From positions 47,368,001-47,432,000 of the forward strand of contig NC_082724.1 in the NCBI RefSeq assembly GCF_030144855.1: a DNA stretch of 64,000 nucleotides, given 5' to 3'. Positions within the stretch are counted from its first letter, which is position 1; every line of letters starts with the position of its first letter. Below are positions 49,022-61,989 of the stretch, one piece after another. The notes under the pieces were generated by a model, which made no database searches, was not told the origin of the DNA, and saw only the letters and a program-made list of their open reading frames with translations. The position numbers and the translations under genes are program-made. The DNA is from Hypanus sabinus (Eukaryota).

Positions 49022-49871
49022 TAAACGAGACATGTGGGCAACCTTAGTATTTAGTTTGTCTCTAAAGTCTAGACCAACTATCATCTTCATTTTCAAAGCT
49101 ATTGAATTCATTATGAGGAATTCCATCTTAATTAGCAGTTGCATTTTTAATGAACCATAATGTCTAACAATCAGCACTAACCTGTATCGATGACACAAAT
49201 TGAGTTTTGTTCAATATAATTAAGCCAAAAATCATTATATTTACTGAGTATTAGTTGCTCAGAGTACAATCGAGAATTAAAACGTAGGAAAACGAGAATG
49301 AAAACAAAAAAAAAATTGCTGGAGACGTTCAGCAAGCAGACATCTGTGGAAAGTGAAAGAGAGTTTCCAGCATCTTCTGTTTCAACTTGAGTTCCAGCTT
49401 CAAGTTCAACATTCCAGGTCTCATCACGCATGAAGTGACAGTAGTGTTATTCACTTTTTAACGTGAATAAGTGCACCTTACGATTTGTTAATATACTCAT
49501 GGCAATATTACTTTATGTGTTTATGCATGTGAGTTATATGTACTGTGCTGAGTACCTTGGTCAAAAGGAATAGTGTTTTGTTTGATGGTATACCAAACAA
49601 ATTGACGATAAATTGAACTTGAACTTGAATGCACCGAATGCATTGTAAGTATTTGTACCTTACTCAAGGATTTGACTAAAGAAAGTTGTCAGTTCTCCAT
49701 TTGATGTCAGCTGTTGAATGGGTTTGTTAAAACTTGGATCCACCTTAGAATGGTCTGTGATTCAGTAATGTCAGTCATTTCAGTAAACAATCAGTGCTTT
49801 GTTTTTATAGGAGTGCTTCACAATCCCTTTTATCTTCATGGTCTTAGTTAATATCTAACATTGTATCTTCA

Positions 49872-50660
49872 GATAAGTGTGAGGTAGCATTTTGGAAAGT
49901 TAAATCAATATTGGATTTTCACAGTAACTGGTAGGGTCAAGTGGAGTGTTGTTGAAAAGAGGGACCTAGGTCTACATGTACAGAACATGATTCCCTGATA
50001 CTGGAGTCACAGGTTGACAGAATGATGAAGAAGGTTTTTGGCATGCTGGCTTTCACCAGTCAGGGCGTTCGTCATAGAAACCGGGAATTTATTTTGCAGC
50101 TGCACAAAATACTGATGAGGCTGTATTTGGAGAAATGGGTTCAGCTTTGATTGTTCTGCTATGGGAAAGATATTACTAAAATGGAAAGAGTGCAGAAAAG
50201 ATTTACATTGATGTTACCAGGGCTTGTGGAACTGAGTCATAGGAAGAAGTTGGATAGGTTAGGCTGTTTTTACCTTGGAGTGCAGGAGACTGGAAGGTGA
50301 TCTTATAAAGTTATATAAAATCATGAAGGGCATTGATAAGGTGAATCTACTCAGTCTTTTTCCTAATGTTGCAGAATTAAGAATAAGAGGATATAGGTTC
50401 AATATGAGATGGGAAGGACTTAATAAGAACTGGAGGAGCAACTTTTTTTTATACCAAGGGTGGTATGTAAATTGAATAAACTATTAGAGGAACTTGTTGA
50501 GGCAGGTACAAAAACAAAATTTTGTAACATGGTGGTATAAATACACGGATAGAAAAGATTTAGAAGGATATAGGCCAAACAAAAACAAATGGTACTAGTT
50601 GGGATATGCATCTTGGTGACCATGGACAAGCTGGGCTGAGGGGCCTGTTTCTGCATTGAA
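49872..50660 (+). mobile_element. CR1 3' fragment
   Basis: gataagtgtgaggt, agagggacctagg, ECRRLEGDLIKLYKIMKG and a 3' UTR. Confidence 0.85.
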
Positions 50661-50711
50661 TTCCTCATTATACAAAACTCTGGCATACAAGAAAGCAGTT
50701 TATTCTGTGAC

Positions 50712-52205
50712 AGAATCATAGAGCACTACAGCACATGAAAAGGGCCTTTGGCCCATCTAGTCTATGCCGATGGAGTTTTCTGCCTCATCCCATCCACCTA
50801 CACCCATACCATAGTCCTGCATAGTTCTCTCATCTATGTAACTATCTAAACTTCTCTTAAATATTGCATTTGAGCTCATACGTACCACTTCGATTGGCAG
50901 CTCATTCCCTACTCACACCACCTTCTAAATGAAATACCACCCTTTCAGATTCCCTTTAAATGTATCGCTTTTCACCCTAAACCTTTGAGCTCTAGAGTTG
51001 TTCCCACCCAATCAATCTTAACTGGAGGATTAGACCTATCCTTCTCCACAATTATATTGTAACTAAAGGAATTATAATTATCAGATCCGTAGCGTTCCCC
51101 TCTACTCACTTCAGTCACCTGCTCTATCTCATTCCCTACAGGAGATGCAATATTGCACTCTCTCTGGTTAGGACCTCTATATATTAATTCAGGAAGCTTT
51201 CCTGAACACATTTGACAATCTCTATCCCATTCAGCCCTTTTACAGTATGGGAGTCCCAATAAATATGTGGTAAGTTAACATCAACTGCTATCTCAACTTT
51301 ATATTTCTTGCAACTGTCTGAAATTCTCTAAAAATTCACTCTTCTAAATCCTGATGAATATTGTGAGGTCTATTATATATTCTCTTTAATATAGTTATTC
51401 CTTTTTTTTATTCCTCAGTTCCCAAATTGCTTCAGTTGATGAGCCCTCCAATATATCTTCTCTGAGCACTGTATGACATTTTCCCTAATGGATAATGCCA
51501 TCACTCCTGTTTTAATCCCTCACTCTTTAGTCGCTCTCCCTCTATCATGTCTTAAACAAAGGAACCCTAGAACATTGGGTTGTCTGTCCTGCTCTTCCTG
51601 CAATCAAATCTCACTAATGGCTTAAAAACATCATAATCCTATGTTTGGACCCATACTTTAAACTCATTTGCCTTACCTCTAAAACTCTTTGCATTGAAAT
51701 AAACACCACCCCGAGCATCAGTCCCTCCATGTGCAACCTTTTGGTTTCCACCTCTGCTGATAGTCCCAACATGTACATTCCCTGCAGATATTCAGCCACT
51801 TTACTTGCTGTCCTCTCCATTCTGGCTCCCTCTCTCCCTGCATCTCTGGTTTAAACCATCAGCAAACCTCCCACAAGGATATTGATCTCTCTCTAGTTCA
51901 GGTGCAAACCATCCCATTTGTACAGATTGCACCTGTTCTGAGCTCAATGATCCCAAAATATGAAGCCCTCCCTCCTGCACCATCTGCTTAGGCATGTGTT
52001 AAACCATGTTATTATCCTATTTCTTGCCTCGTTAGCCTATGGCATGGGGAGAAGTCCTGAGGTCCTACTCTGGACTCCTGCTCCTGTCTTTAACTTAGCA
52101 CCTTAATCCTTAAACTCACTTTCAGGGACATTGTCACTTTTACTACATATTACTCTATTGGTATCAATGTGTACCATGACCTCTGGCTGCTTCACTCCCC
52201 CTTGA
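50712..52205 (-). mobile_element. Internally deleted CR1 (ORF1 esterase, endonuclease and 3' end remnants)
   Basis: Minus-strand QPEVMVHIDTN, GSDNYNSFSYNIIVEKDRS and a 3' tail at 50712. Confidence 0.75.
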
Positions 52206-53064
52206 TCCAATGTATATTCACCATGGTTTTTGTTGTACCTGAACTTCTCTGATTGCATTAGAAGTAAACTGTTTAACCGTTCAGTAAGATCAAAGACAGT
52301 CCTAGACCTTGCCAACCTCCCTGACCTTTCACTGTAAACCCTTGATCTTCTGAATGTCCAAAACTTGTTAATACACTGACTATCCATGATCATCTGGCTG
52401 AAGAAAAAAAATTTTATTGGTTCAGTCTGAAGTGGCTAATCTTTATCCTGAAACTATTCCCTCTAATTCTGTGGTCTCTAGCCAGAATTTTGTAAGTCTC
52501 ATGTAAATGTGTAGATAAAAACAAACAGTAGTCCACGTTACATAAAGCCTTCTAATTGAAAAACAGAAAATATTGATTCTGTTTATTAACTAGATGCCTA
52601 TAAAAATTGCTAATGACCAGTATCAGTTACTTCCATCAAATTAAAATTGATTTTTCATAATATGAAAATAACGAATGTTAAATCATTTCATTTTCTTTCT
52701 TCAATTTAAGTTCATTTTCAAATCATCCCATATTTCAGCTTATGAACTACATAATTTGCTGCAAATCTCACAGAATGTTCTTTATAAGGCATGGGTTGAC
52801 TTCTGTTTTAATCAAACCACCTCTCTGTTAAATTGCTAAGCCCATCAGCTTGGTTTGCAAGTGAGTGATGCTGGGTATGGATTAAGTGTATACATGATGC
52901 CAACTATCTTTCACTGTTACTTAATTGTAACAGTGATTTAAATGCCACGTCTTAGAAAAACTTAAATCTGTCATTATGTAAGCAAAACGATTTAGAGGGT
53001 TACATTCAATTTAATATTAATACTTCCAAGATATATCTGAAACTGAGGCCAACAAGAAAAAAGG

Positions 53065-56000
53065 AGGTGTGAGCAGAGCAGCCATTGTGAGAGTGGTCTG
53101 GCTTTGACTCAACAGGCTTGGGCAAGCACAGGTAGTGTTTCTAAGTAAGTAAGAAAGATTTTAGTAAGTTTTTTTTTCTCTTTTAGTAGATAGCTAGTGT
53201 TCTGAGAATGGGTCTAGAGATTGCGGTATGTTGCTTGTGTGAGATGTGAGAAATTGGGACACCTTCAGTCTCGCTGATAACTACGTCTGCACAAAGTTCA
53301 TTGAGCTGTAGCTCCTCAGAGACCATGTTAAAGAACTGCAGTCACAGCTGGTTGACTTCTTGCTCATATGGGAAATGAGAATGTAATAGACCTACAGAGA
53401 GGTAGTCACCTCAAAGTTGCAGGAGAGCGTACCTGGATGACTGGCAGGAGAGGGAAAAGGAATGGGCAGCCAGATGAGAGTTCCCCTATGACCATTGTCC
53501 TCAATAATAAGTATATAACTTTGGAGACTGTTGTGGGGTACGACCTACCAGGGGAAGCCACAGTGTCCAAGTCTCTGATATTGAGTCTGGCTCTGTGGCT
53601 CAGAAGGGAAGGGGGGAAAAGCGGAATGCACAAGTGATAACTAGAGCAGCAGAAAGCAGATTCTCTGCATGTTTATGTTGCCTCCCAGGTGCCAGCGTCA
53701 GGGAGGTTTCCTTTTGGGTCCACGACACTTTAAAGTAGGGGCGTGAACAGTCAGAAGTTACAGTACATATTGATGCCAATGACATAGAGAGGAAAAGGGA
53801 AGAGGTCCTGCAGTGAAAATGTATGGAAATGACTTGGCAGATGAATGCATGGCTGAGGAATTGGTGCAGCAGGCAGGATTTCAGATTTCTAATTCATTGA
53901 GACCTCTTCTGGAGAAGGCATGCTCTGCACAAAAATGACAGGTTACACCTGAACCCAAGGGTAACCACTATCAGGCAAGCTTGACAGAGCTGTTGGGGAG
54001 GGAATAAATTAATTTAGCAGGGAGATGTGAAACAGTGATGTGGCAGCTGACATACAAGTAGATGCAATGTTAGTGACACTATGAGAAAGCATTGGCAGAT
54101 TATAGTGCAAAATTGCAGTCAATGAGATGGGTTAAAGTGATGCAATAGGGGACCAAAATCAAAAAAGGGTGACGAATACTGGACTGATGGTGTTATATTT
54201 GAATTGAGACAATATACGGAATAAGGTAGATGATTTTGTGGCACAGTTAGAAATTGGCACGTATGATGTTGTAAGCATCTCTGAATCATGACTGAAAGAA
54301 TACAAGGGGGGTAGGGTGGTTCTCTTTGTAAACAATGAAATCAAACCCTGAGAAAGAGGTGACATAGGATCAGAAGACGTAGAATCCTTGTGGGTAGAGT
54401 TAAGAAACTGCAAAGGTTAAAAAGTCCCTGATGGGAGTTGTACACAGGCCTCTGAACAGTAGTCAAGATGTGGGCTGCAAATTATAATGTGAGATTAAAA
54501 AACACGTGTCAAAAGGGCAATATTGCAATAATCATGGGTGATTTTGATATACACTTAAATGGGAGAATCTGGTTGGTGCCAGATCCCAAGACAGACAATG
54601 TGTAGAGCAGCTTGTGGTTGAGTCTGCCAAGGGAATGGCAATATCTGGATTAGGTATTAGGTAATGACAGAGATTTGCTTAGAAAATATAAGGTAATGGA
54701 ACCTTTAAGAGACAGTATTCATAATATTCACCCTGCAGTTGGAGAAGGAGAAGATAAATTCAAGTGTATCAGTATTATAGTGGAATAAAGGGAAGTAAGA
54801 TGCATGAAAGAGGAGATGGCCAGAGTTGATTGGAAGGGACATTAGCAGGGAAGACGGCAGAACAGAAGTGGCTAAATTCAAAAAGCACAGGAAAGATACA
54901 GTACATCCCAAAGATGAAGAAATATTCTAAAGGGAGTATGAGGCAATCCTGAGCACATGGGTGACAAGGGAAGTCAAAGGCAGCATACATGCAAAGAGAG
55001 GATGCGTAATATAGCAAAATTTAGTGGGATGGTAGAGGATTGGGAAACTTTTAAAAACCAAAAGAAGACAACAAAAAAAACCATAATGAGAGAAAAGATG
55101 GAATAGGAAGGGAAGCTAGCCAATAATTTAAGAGGTTGCAAAAAGTATTTTCAGATATAAAAAGAATAAAAGAGATGAAAGGGTATTGGACCACTGGAAA
55201 ATGATGCTGGAGAGGTAATAATTGGGGGAAAAGAAGTGGCAGAGGAAGTTAATAAGTATTTTGCATCAGTCTTAATTAAGTAAGATACTAGCAGAATGCC
55301 AGAAATGCAGGGGCAGATGTAAATGTCCTTGCTATTACTAAGAGGAGGGTGCTTGGGAAGCTGAAATAGCTGAGGGTAGAAAAGTCACCTGGAACAGATG
55401 GACTAAAACTCACGGATCTGAAAGAGATATCTGAAAAGTTCATGGCGACATTAGTAATTATCTTTCAAGAATTACTAAATTCTGGAATAGATCCTGAGGA
55501 CTGGAAATCTACAATTATCATTCCACTCTTTTAGAAGGGAGGGAGGGAGAAGAAAGGAAATGATAAACTTGTTAGCCTGGCTTCAGTGGTTGGAAAGATG
55601 TTGGAGTCTATTATTAAGGATGAGGTTTCAGGGTATCTGGATGCACACAATAAACAAAGTCAGCATGGTTTTTTAAAGGGGAAACCTTGCCTAACAAACT
55701 TGTTGGAATACTTTGAGAAATAACAGACAGGCTAGATAAAGGAGAAACAACATCAGTGGATGGTGTTTATTTGGATTTTCAACAGGCCTTTGACAAGGTA
55801 CTGCACTATGGCTGCTTAACAAGATATACCCTGGTATTACAGGAACTGTACTAGCATGAATAGAGGGTTGGCTGGCTGACTGACAGGAGGCAACAAGTGG
55901 GAATAAAGAGGGACTTTTCTGGTTGGCTGCCAGTGACATGGTTGGGACTGCCTCTTCTCATGTTGTATATCAATGATTTAGATGAAGAGAACTGATGGCT

Positions 56001-56945
56001 TTGTGGCCAAGTCTGAGGATGATACAAGTTGGAGGGCCAGGTAGTGTTGAGGAAGCAGGGCTGTCCGCAGAAGAACCTAGACAGATTAGGGGAATGGGCA
56101 AAAAAGTGATGAATGGAATATAGTATAGGGTTGTGCATGGTCATGCACTTTGGCAGAAGGAGTAAAGGTATGGACTACTTTCAATGTGGGGATAAAGCTC
56201 AAAACTCAGAGGTGCAGAGGGAGTTGGGAGTTGTTGTGAAGGATTCCTAAAGTTTAACTTGCAAGTTGAGTTGCTGGTAAGGAAAGCAGTTGCAATGTTA
56301 GCATTCATTTTGAGAGGATTAGAATATAGAATCAAGGATGTAATGCTAAGGTTTTTATAAGGTATTGGTCAGATTGTACTTAGAGTATTGTAACCAGTTT
56401 TTGGTCCCTTATCTAAGAAAAGAAGTGCTGGCATTTCAGAGAAAGTTCCCAAGTTTGATCTCAGGAATGAAAAGGCTAAAATATGAGGAGCAGTTGATAG
56501 CTTTAAGTCTGTTCTCACTGGAGTTCAGAAGAAGGGTGGGAGGGGGGGGCGCATCTCATTGCAACCTATCAAATACTGAAAGGTCTGGAGGAAGTGGATG
56601 TGGAGAGAATGTTACCTATAGTGGGGGTGGGGTCTAGAGCCAGAGGACACAGCCTCAGCATTGAGGACATCCACTTAGAACAGAGATGAGCAAATATTTA
56701 TTGAGCCAGAGGGTAGCGCATTTGCAGAATTCATCGACACAGATGGCTGTGCAGGACGGGTCATTGGGTATAATTAATGTGGAGTTCGATGGGTTCTTGA
56801 TTAACCAGGGAGTCAAAGGTTATGGGGAGAAGGAAGGAAAATAAGGTTGAGAAGGATAATAAATCAGCCATGATGGATAGCAGGGCAGACTTGATGGGCT
56901 GAATGGCTTAATTCTGCTGTTACATTGTATGCTGATATGGTCTAA
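53065..56945 (+). mobile_element. Old near-full-length CR1, heavily decayed
   Basis: Colinear with 2568-6921: gccatt 5' motif, ORF1 remnants (LNNKY, cctcccaggtgcc, gttacacctgaa), endonuclease and RT remnants, and a 3' UTR. Confidence 0.9.
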
Positions 56946-58004
56946 TATAATTTCAACTGTAAAAGGACTATGAAAAACAGTGATTGCTTTTAAAATGTTA
57001 AAATGCATCTGCTTTTGATGGCTTAATTTTATTATAATTAATCAAGCAATGCAACTGAATGAAAGGCTTAGGACCAAAAGTTTAAGAAACGATCACAGGG
57101 TAAAAAATGCAGCATAGTGCAGGTCCAAATTCTGGAACAGTTAACAGTCTTAAAGGATCATTTATACTGGTTAATACAAAATCCTGGTCACGCTGTGCAT
57201 AGTGCAGGTGTAAGCATCATTAAGATATTAAAGAAAGTTGATTTTCTTTCCTTTTTATTTAAACTGTTCCACTTATTGTAAAATACATTGAAAGACTGAA
57301 TTAAAAGGCAGTTTAACTGGGTGGAAGGCCACATGATTAAAAGCTCTAGGAATTGCTCCAAACAGTGTAGGCATTAAAAATCTCATTATAAAACATAGGT
57401 ATTCAGATTTTAAAAGGATTATTTGAAGTTCCTTATCTCTTAGTTTAGCAGATAACAAATGGTTCAATGCCTCTGCTAAAATATGAGAGAGTGATAATCT
57501 CCGAGAAGCAAATTCCTATTTACATGCTGGCATACCATAATATCAAGGCAATATAATTTCCATTGAATAACTACAAAATTAAATTTGGAAACCATAATCA
57601 CAAGAAGTTGGTAATTATAATTTACTGCTTGGGAGCAAAGTTTTTGTATCACATCACAGGTGTATTTTTTTTATTATTTGGTAATACCATGTAATTTTAA
57701 GATCAGAAATAAATTTGGCAGATTGTTAGCATGATGATAAAATGAGAACAGAGAATTCTTTCTCAATCTATTATTCATGATATATGGGAATCTTATTAAT
57801 TGTCTCCGATAAAAACTAATTAGTCCTGTATTTATTTACCTCATATAAAGTACATGAGTATTTTGAGAATTAGTCATAAATCCAAATATGACTCACTTGT
57901 GACTTTGTAACTTACAGAAAACAAACTTTTAGGTGTTGTATAGTTATCCTCATTTTTTAGCTATAGATTTAGGTCCACAATACTGTGTCAAATTTAACCC
58001 ATTC

Positions 58005-58260
58005 TTTAGACAGTCCCTTGGAGTAATGGCCGTGTGATGTTACTCCACTATTGTGGGCTCTGCAGTGGCTGATGGAGCCAAAATGGGGCCTGCAGTCTCT
58101 GTCATAGATGGGGCCAAATGTGTTCAGTGGCTGAGTGGGCGTGGTTGATTGGCTGAGATGAGAAGTTGTGCTCTCCTTTCACCACTTTTTGCTGAGCTGC
58201 CGTCTATTGCCAACAAAGAGACTCCAGGATTCAGAGTACCATTTTGATCAGTGACAGGCC
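58005..58260 (-). mobile_element. Degenerate RTE-clade 3' end
   Basis: The reverse complement encodes FGSISHCRAH, similar to the RTE terminal 'IGL.SH.R.H' motif. Weak. Confidence 0.35.
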
Positions 58261-58459
58261 AATGATTTTAGCATTGGATAGCTCAGGAGGTATACATATT
58301 CAAACACAATTACAGCAGTTTGAGGACCCCAGTCATTCTCTACATCACAGAGGTAGGTACTCATGTTGCAGGTTTACGGCCAAGGTTTGTCACTCTCACG
58401 TTTTCAACTAAATCATTGGACTAAGTTGGTTATGAGCTGACAGCTAGCCTTTGCATAAA

Positions 58460-58775
58460 ACCATAAGACATACGAGCAGCGTAAGGCCCATCGAGTCTGC
58501 ACCACCATTCCATCATGGCTGATTTATTATCCCTTTCAATCTCATTCTTCTATCTTCTTTCCGTAACCTTTGATTCCCTGAATAATCAAGAACCTGTCAA
58601 CTTCTGCCTTAAATATAAGCAATGACTTGGCCTGCACAGCCATCTGTGGCAATGAATTCCACAGACTTATCCCCTTCCAGCTATAGCATTTTCTTTCCTC
58701 ATCCCTGTTCTGAATGGATGTCCCTCAATTCTGAGGCCCAACCCTCGGGTCCTAGACTTCCCCACTATAGGAAAC
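58460..58775 (-). mobile_element. CR1 3' fragment
   Basis: ccataagacatacgagcag...ccatcatggctgatttattatcc, same family as 17118. Confidence 0.8.
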
Positions 58776-59379
58776 GTGTTTCAGCTTCTTTCCCAGAAGT
58801 AACAGTGACCTGGTTTGACTGGGATGGTATCAAAAACATGCATGCCAAAGGCAATGTAGCAATTAATGAGATCTTCAAAATGTTCATTCGAGCACATGAT
58901 AGCTGCTGTTTGCTCTTTATAAGCTGACATCTATTCTTGGCACCAGGTGGAGTGAATCCTTGGGTGTTTGGGACACGGATGGTTTTGCTGGAGAGTCCAC
59001 ACGGATCATCACTGTCAACAATCTGCTAGAACCCTTGCTTTTTTTTTTGGCTACCAGTCATTCTTTATATCACCAATTTTCTACTGGACCTCTGACTTTG
59101 AGAGAGTCAGCCCGTTGAAGATCAATCAGATATCTGCACAATCCCTACACAAACATCCACACTTTATTTACTTCAATAGATGCTGCCTGATCTTCACCTT
59201 ACAATGATGCTGTGTTTCTATGATGCTGCTGGAAGTAAGTTTCTCATCACACCTGTACATGCATGTACATTCCCATATTACAATAAACTCCACTTTGACA
59301 ATGTTGCTTCTCTAATATAACTGAACATGTTTTAAAGTGTTGCTTCATCAATATTTTTATGATATTTTTTGTTTATGAC

Positions 59380-60121
59380 AGACCACTTGAAGTTGAACAG
59401 AAATATAATTTCAGACTACTTGCATCATGTAGGAATTTGGAGAAACAAGAAATTAACTTTTATTAATTATACTGTATTTAATGGCATCACAGTGCAGATG
59501 CTATGCAATAGTTCAACTAAGCCAAAAATGTTTAGTTGATGATTTTCATTTGTACTCCATCTCTGAGGCTTCTTGTTTAATTGTCCAACAATGATCAACC
59601 AACATTGATGAATCCCAGTTGCCCTGATATTGTTTCTCCATGACTGCAAACTCCTGGTGAAGCATTTCACCATGCTTATCACTGACAGCACCAAGATTTG
59701 CAGGGAAGAATTCTAAATTGGAATGCAGAATATTAATCTGCAGTGACATGTTCCACTTCATGGTTTTGTATGCTTGAAGCATGTTGTCAACCAGCTGCAC
59801 ATAGTTTGATGCTCTGTAGTTGCCAAGAAACTTTTCAACAACATCCTTGAATGCCTTCCATGCAGCTGTCTCCTGTCTCACTAGAAGTTCTTTGAATTGC
59901 CTGTTATTGATGACCCGTTTGACTTGTGGACCAACAAAACTGCCTTCCTTAATCTTGGCATCAGTTCTTCTGACTTGAATTATGAATGGAAATAACAGAT
60001 ATAGGTGATTGTTAAAACATGGTGCATGATAGGGAAATATCATGGTGCTTTTCACGATCAGCAGCCCAAAGCACAGATACACACAAAAGTATTCATGAAG
60101 CAAAATCTTTGTTGTCCAGTG
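59380..60121 (-). mobile_element. Chapaev3-like DNA transposon deletion fragment
   Basis: Minus-strand AKIKEGSFVGPQV...FLGNY...MSLQINILHSNLEFFPANLGAVSDKHGEMLHQ...YQG.W...MLVDHCW. Terminus ...GTTGTCCAGTG at 60121 is followed by TAA. The other terminus was not found. Confidence 0.7.
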
Positions 60122-60764
60122 TAATCCAAAGAGTCACAATGAAATAATTGAAAATGGGGACTGTTTGCCATACACATAGAAGTCAGCTTTTGGTGAGGGT
60201 TGCCACCAATAATGAACTCCTTTCAAAGCAGCAGCAGACTTTTTGGAAATCTGGAGATACTACAAAAAAACAGAAGTGCCTGTAGAACTCAGCTGATCAA
60301 GCAGCATCTGTGGAAATAGAAATCATTTAATACGTCAGATTGAAGATATTTAAGTGCAGCTTCAGATGAAGGGTCTTTGACTCAAAGCTGGACAACATAG
60401 TCTGCTGGGCAGCAGCAACCTTAGCCTTCCTGTGTGCTTACCTACAGCCGATATCTCAGAGTACTGAAGAAATACGGCAAACACTGTCTAGGCAAAATCC
60501 TCCATATCTGCTTGCAAAGTAATTGAATGTAAATCTGTGTTCTCTCCCAACCTAAACAAATCAAAACCTGTTAGGTAGCCCTGGATTCCAAATGCAGACA
60601 TAATGCTCTAAGCACTCTTACAGCAACAGACACAGGAAAAAAAAATCAAGGATGGTCCCAATGATGAAGGAACATTCCATAGAATACTGAAAGGCTTGAG
60701 TATATGCCCACATCAAAGTCTTGTAAACATTTGGTGAAGTGTGGCGCCACACAAGTTATCTGAG

Positions 60765-60990
60765 CAAGACATACAAAATGCTGCAAGAACTCAGTACATC
60801 AGGTAACAATGGTGTAGGGGAGTAAAATGTCAGTGTTTTGAGCCAAAACCCTTCATTGGGACCAAAACAAAAGGCGAAGTAGCCAGAGTAAGAAGGAAGC
60901 ATGAGGGCAAGGAGAGCGAGCAGGCAGGTGATAGGTAAGACTAGGTGAGGGGGTAGATGAGTGAGTGAGGGAGGGTGGATGAAGTATGAG
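60765..60990 (-). mobile_element. Penelope 3' fragment
   Basis: acaaaatgctgcaagaactcag...cccttcattgggac followed by a purine-rich tract. Confidence 0.6.
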
Positions 60991-61361
60991 AGGAGTCATG
61001 AGAACATGTTTGAAGAAATCAGCAAGGGCAGCAGTTAGAGAGGGTCTCACTGAATTCCCATTGAATACAGGATTTACCCTACTTCAGGGTAGGGATACCT
61101 CAAGGAGACTTTGCAAAGGAGCAGCAAATCATTGGCATGAGGGACTACTTATCTATTCTGCTTTATACCTCCTGCTCTACACATTGCAAAGTCTGTAGGT
61201 GCCACATTATCCTTGTCAGACAGTTCAAAACCCATAGAACTAGAGTAGGAACAAACCATCCTCAATGTTGAGGAACAGCTGAACAAGGACAATGTGCAAA
61301 ATATAGCAATGGGAACTGCTCTGAAAAATTATCTTAATGCATTAACTATAGATGAGACTAA

Positions 61362-61512
61362 GCTGAGGTAATGTCTTCCCCTTCAGGTGGCAGTAAAAGT
61401 TCTTAAGGCATCCTTTTGAAAGAGCAGCTGTGGAAATATCCTTGAGATCTGGTCAATAATTATCCCTCAGCAAATGTTACTGAAAGATTAGTTCATGGGC
61501 TCATTAACACTG
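61362..61512 (+). mobile_element. Deu-domain SINE relic (AmnSINE1/SacSINE1-related)
   Basis: tcaggtggcagtaaaag...ggca...tttgaaagagcag...ctggtcaataattatccctcagcaa resembles the Deu-domain consensus as recalled. Confidence 0.55.
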
Positions 61513-61522
61513 AGTCATTTTA

Positions 61523-61730
61523 CAGATGCTGGAAATCCAGATCGACACACAAAATGCTGGAGGAAATCAGCAGGCCAGATAACCTCTATGGAAGGGAATA
61601 AACAGTCAATAATCTCGGCTGGAATCCTACCTAATGTCTTGATGAAATGTCTAAGGCCCAAAATATTGACTGCATATTTCACTCCGTAGATGCTGCATTA
61701 CCTGCTGATTTCCTCCAGCATATCATATGT
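61523..61730. repeat. Fold-back pair of Penelope termini
   Basis: Perfect 21-bp inverted repeat at 61554-61574 / 61701-61721, with inner pairing cagtcaata/tattgactg. Confidence 0.85.
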
Positions 61731-61989
61731 TTTTATGTAGTCCTTATTACAGGCCTTTTTCTGGATGTCACAATTTGCTGCCAGACATTTCTTGCAAGAG
61801 GAAAGATACTTGGAGATTCTGAAAGAGACATAAAAGGTGTAATATTCATGGAATCTGTTTTACTTTTAAACCCATGAAAATAATTGCTTAAGTCCAACCC
61901 TCTGATTCTATCTAATAAACGTTTCTTTCTCCACAGTACCACTTTAGTGATGTTGGAAGTACCTTATGAAATAGTTGTATCATATAGGA

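Noticed and set aside
57112-57209. 13-bp direct repeat GCATAGTGCAGGT about 85 bp apart
   Set aside because: There is no recognisable insert or tail between the copies, so it cannot be distinguished from chance or a small duplication.
59254-59269. 16-bp palindrome TGTACATGCATGTACA
   Set aside because: It is low-complexity and lies in what looks like a retroposon 3' tail.
59546-60103. 185-aa ORF as a host or domesticated gene
   Set aside because: It is a partial transposase whose N-terminal part is translated terminal sequence, and several usually conserved residues appear substituted.
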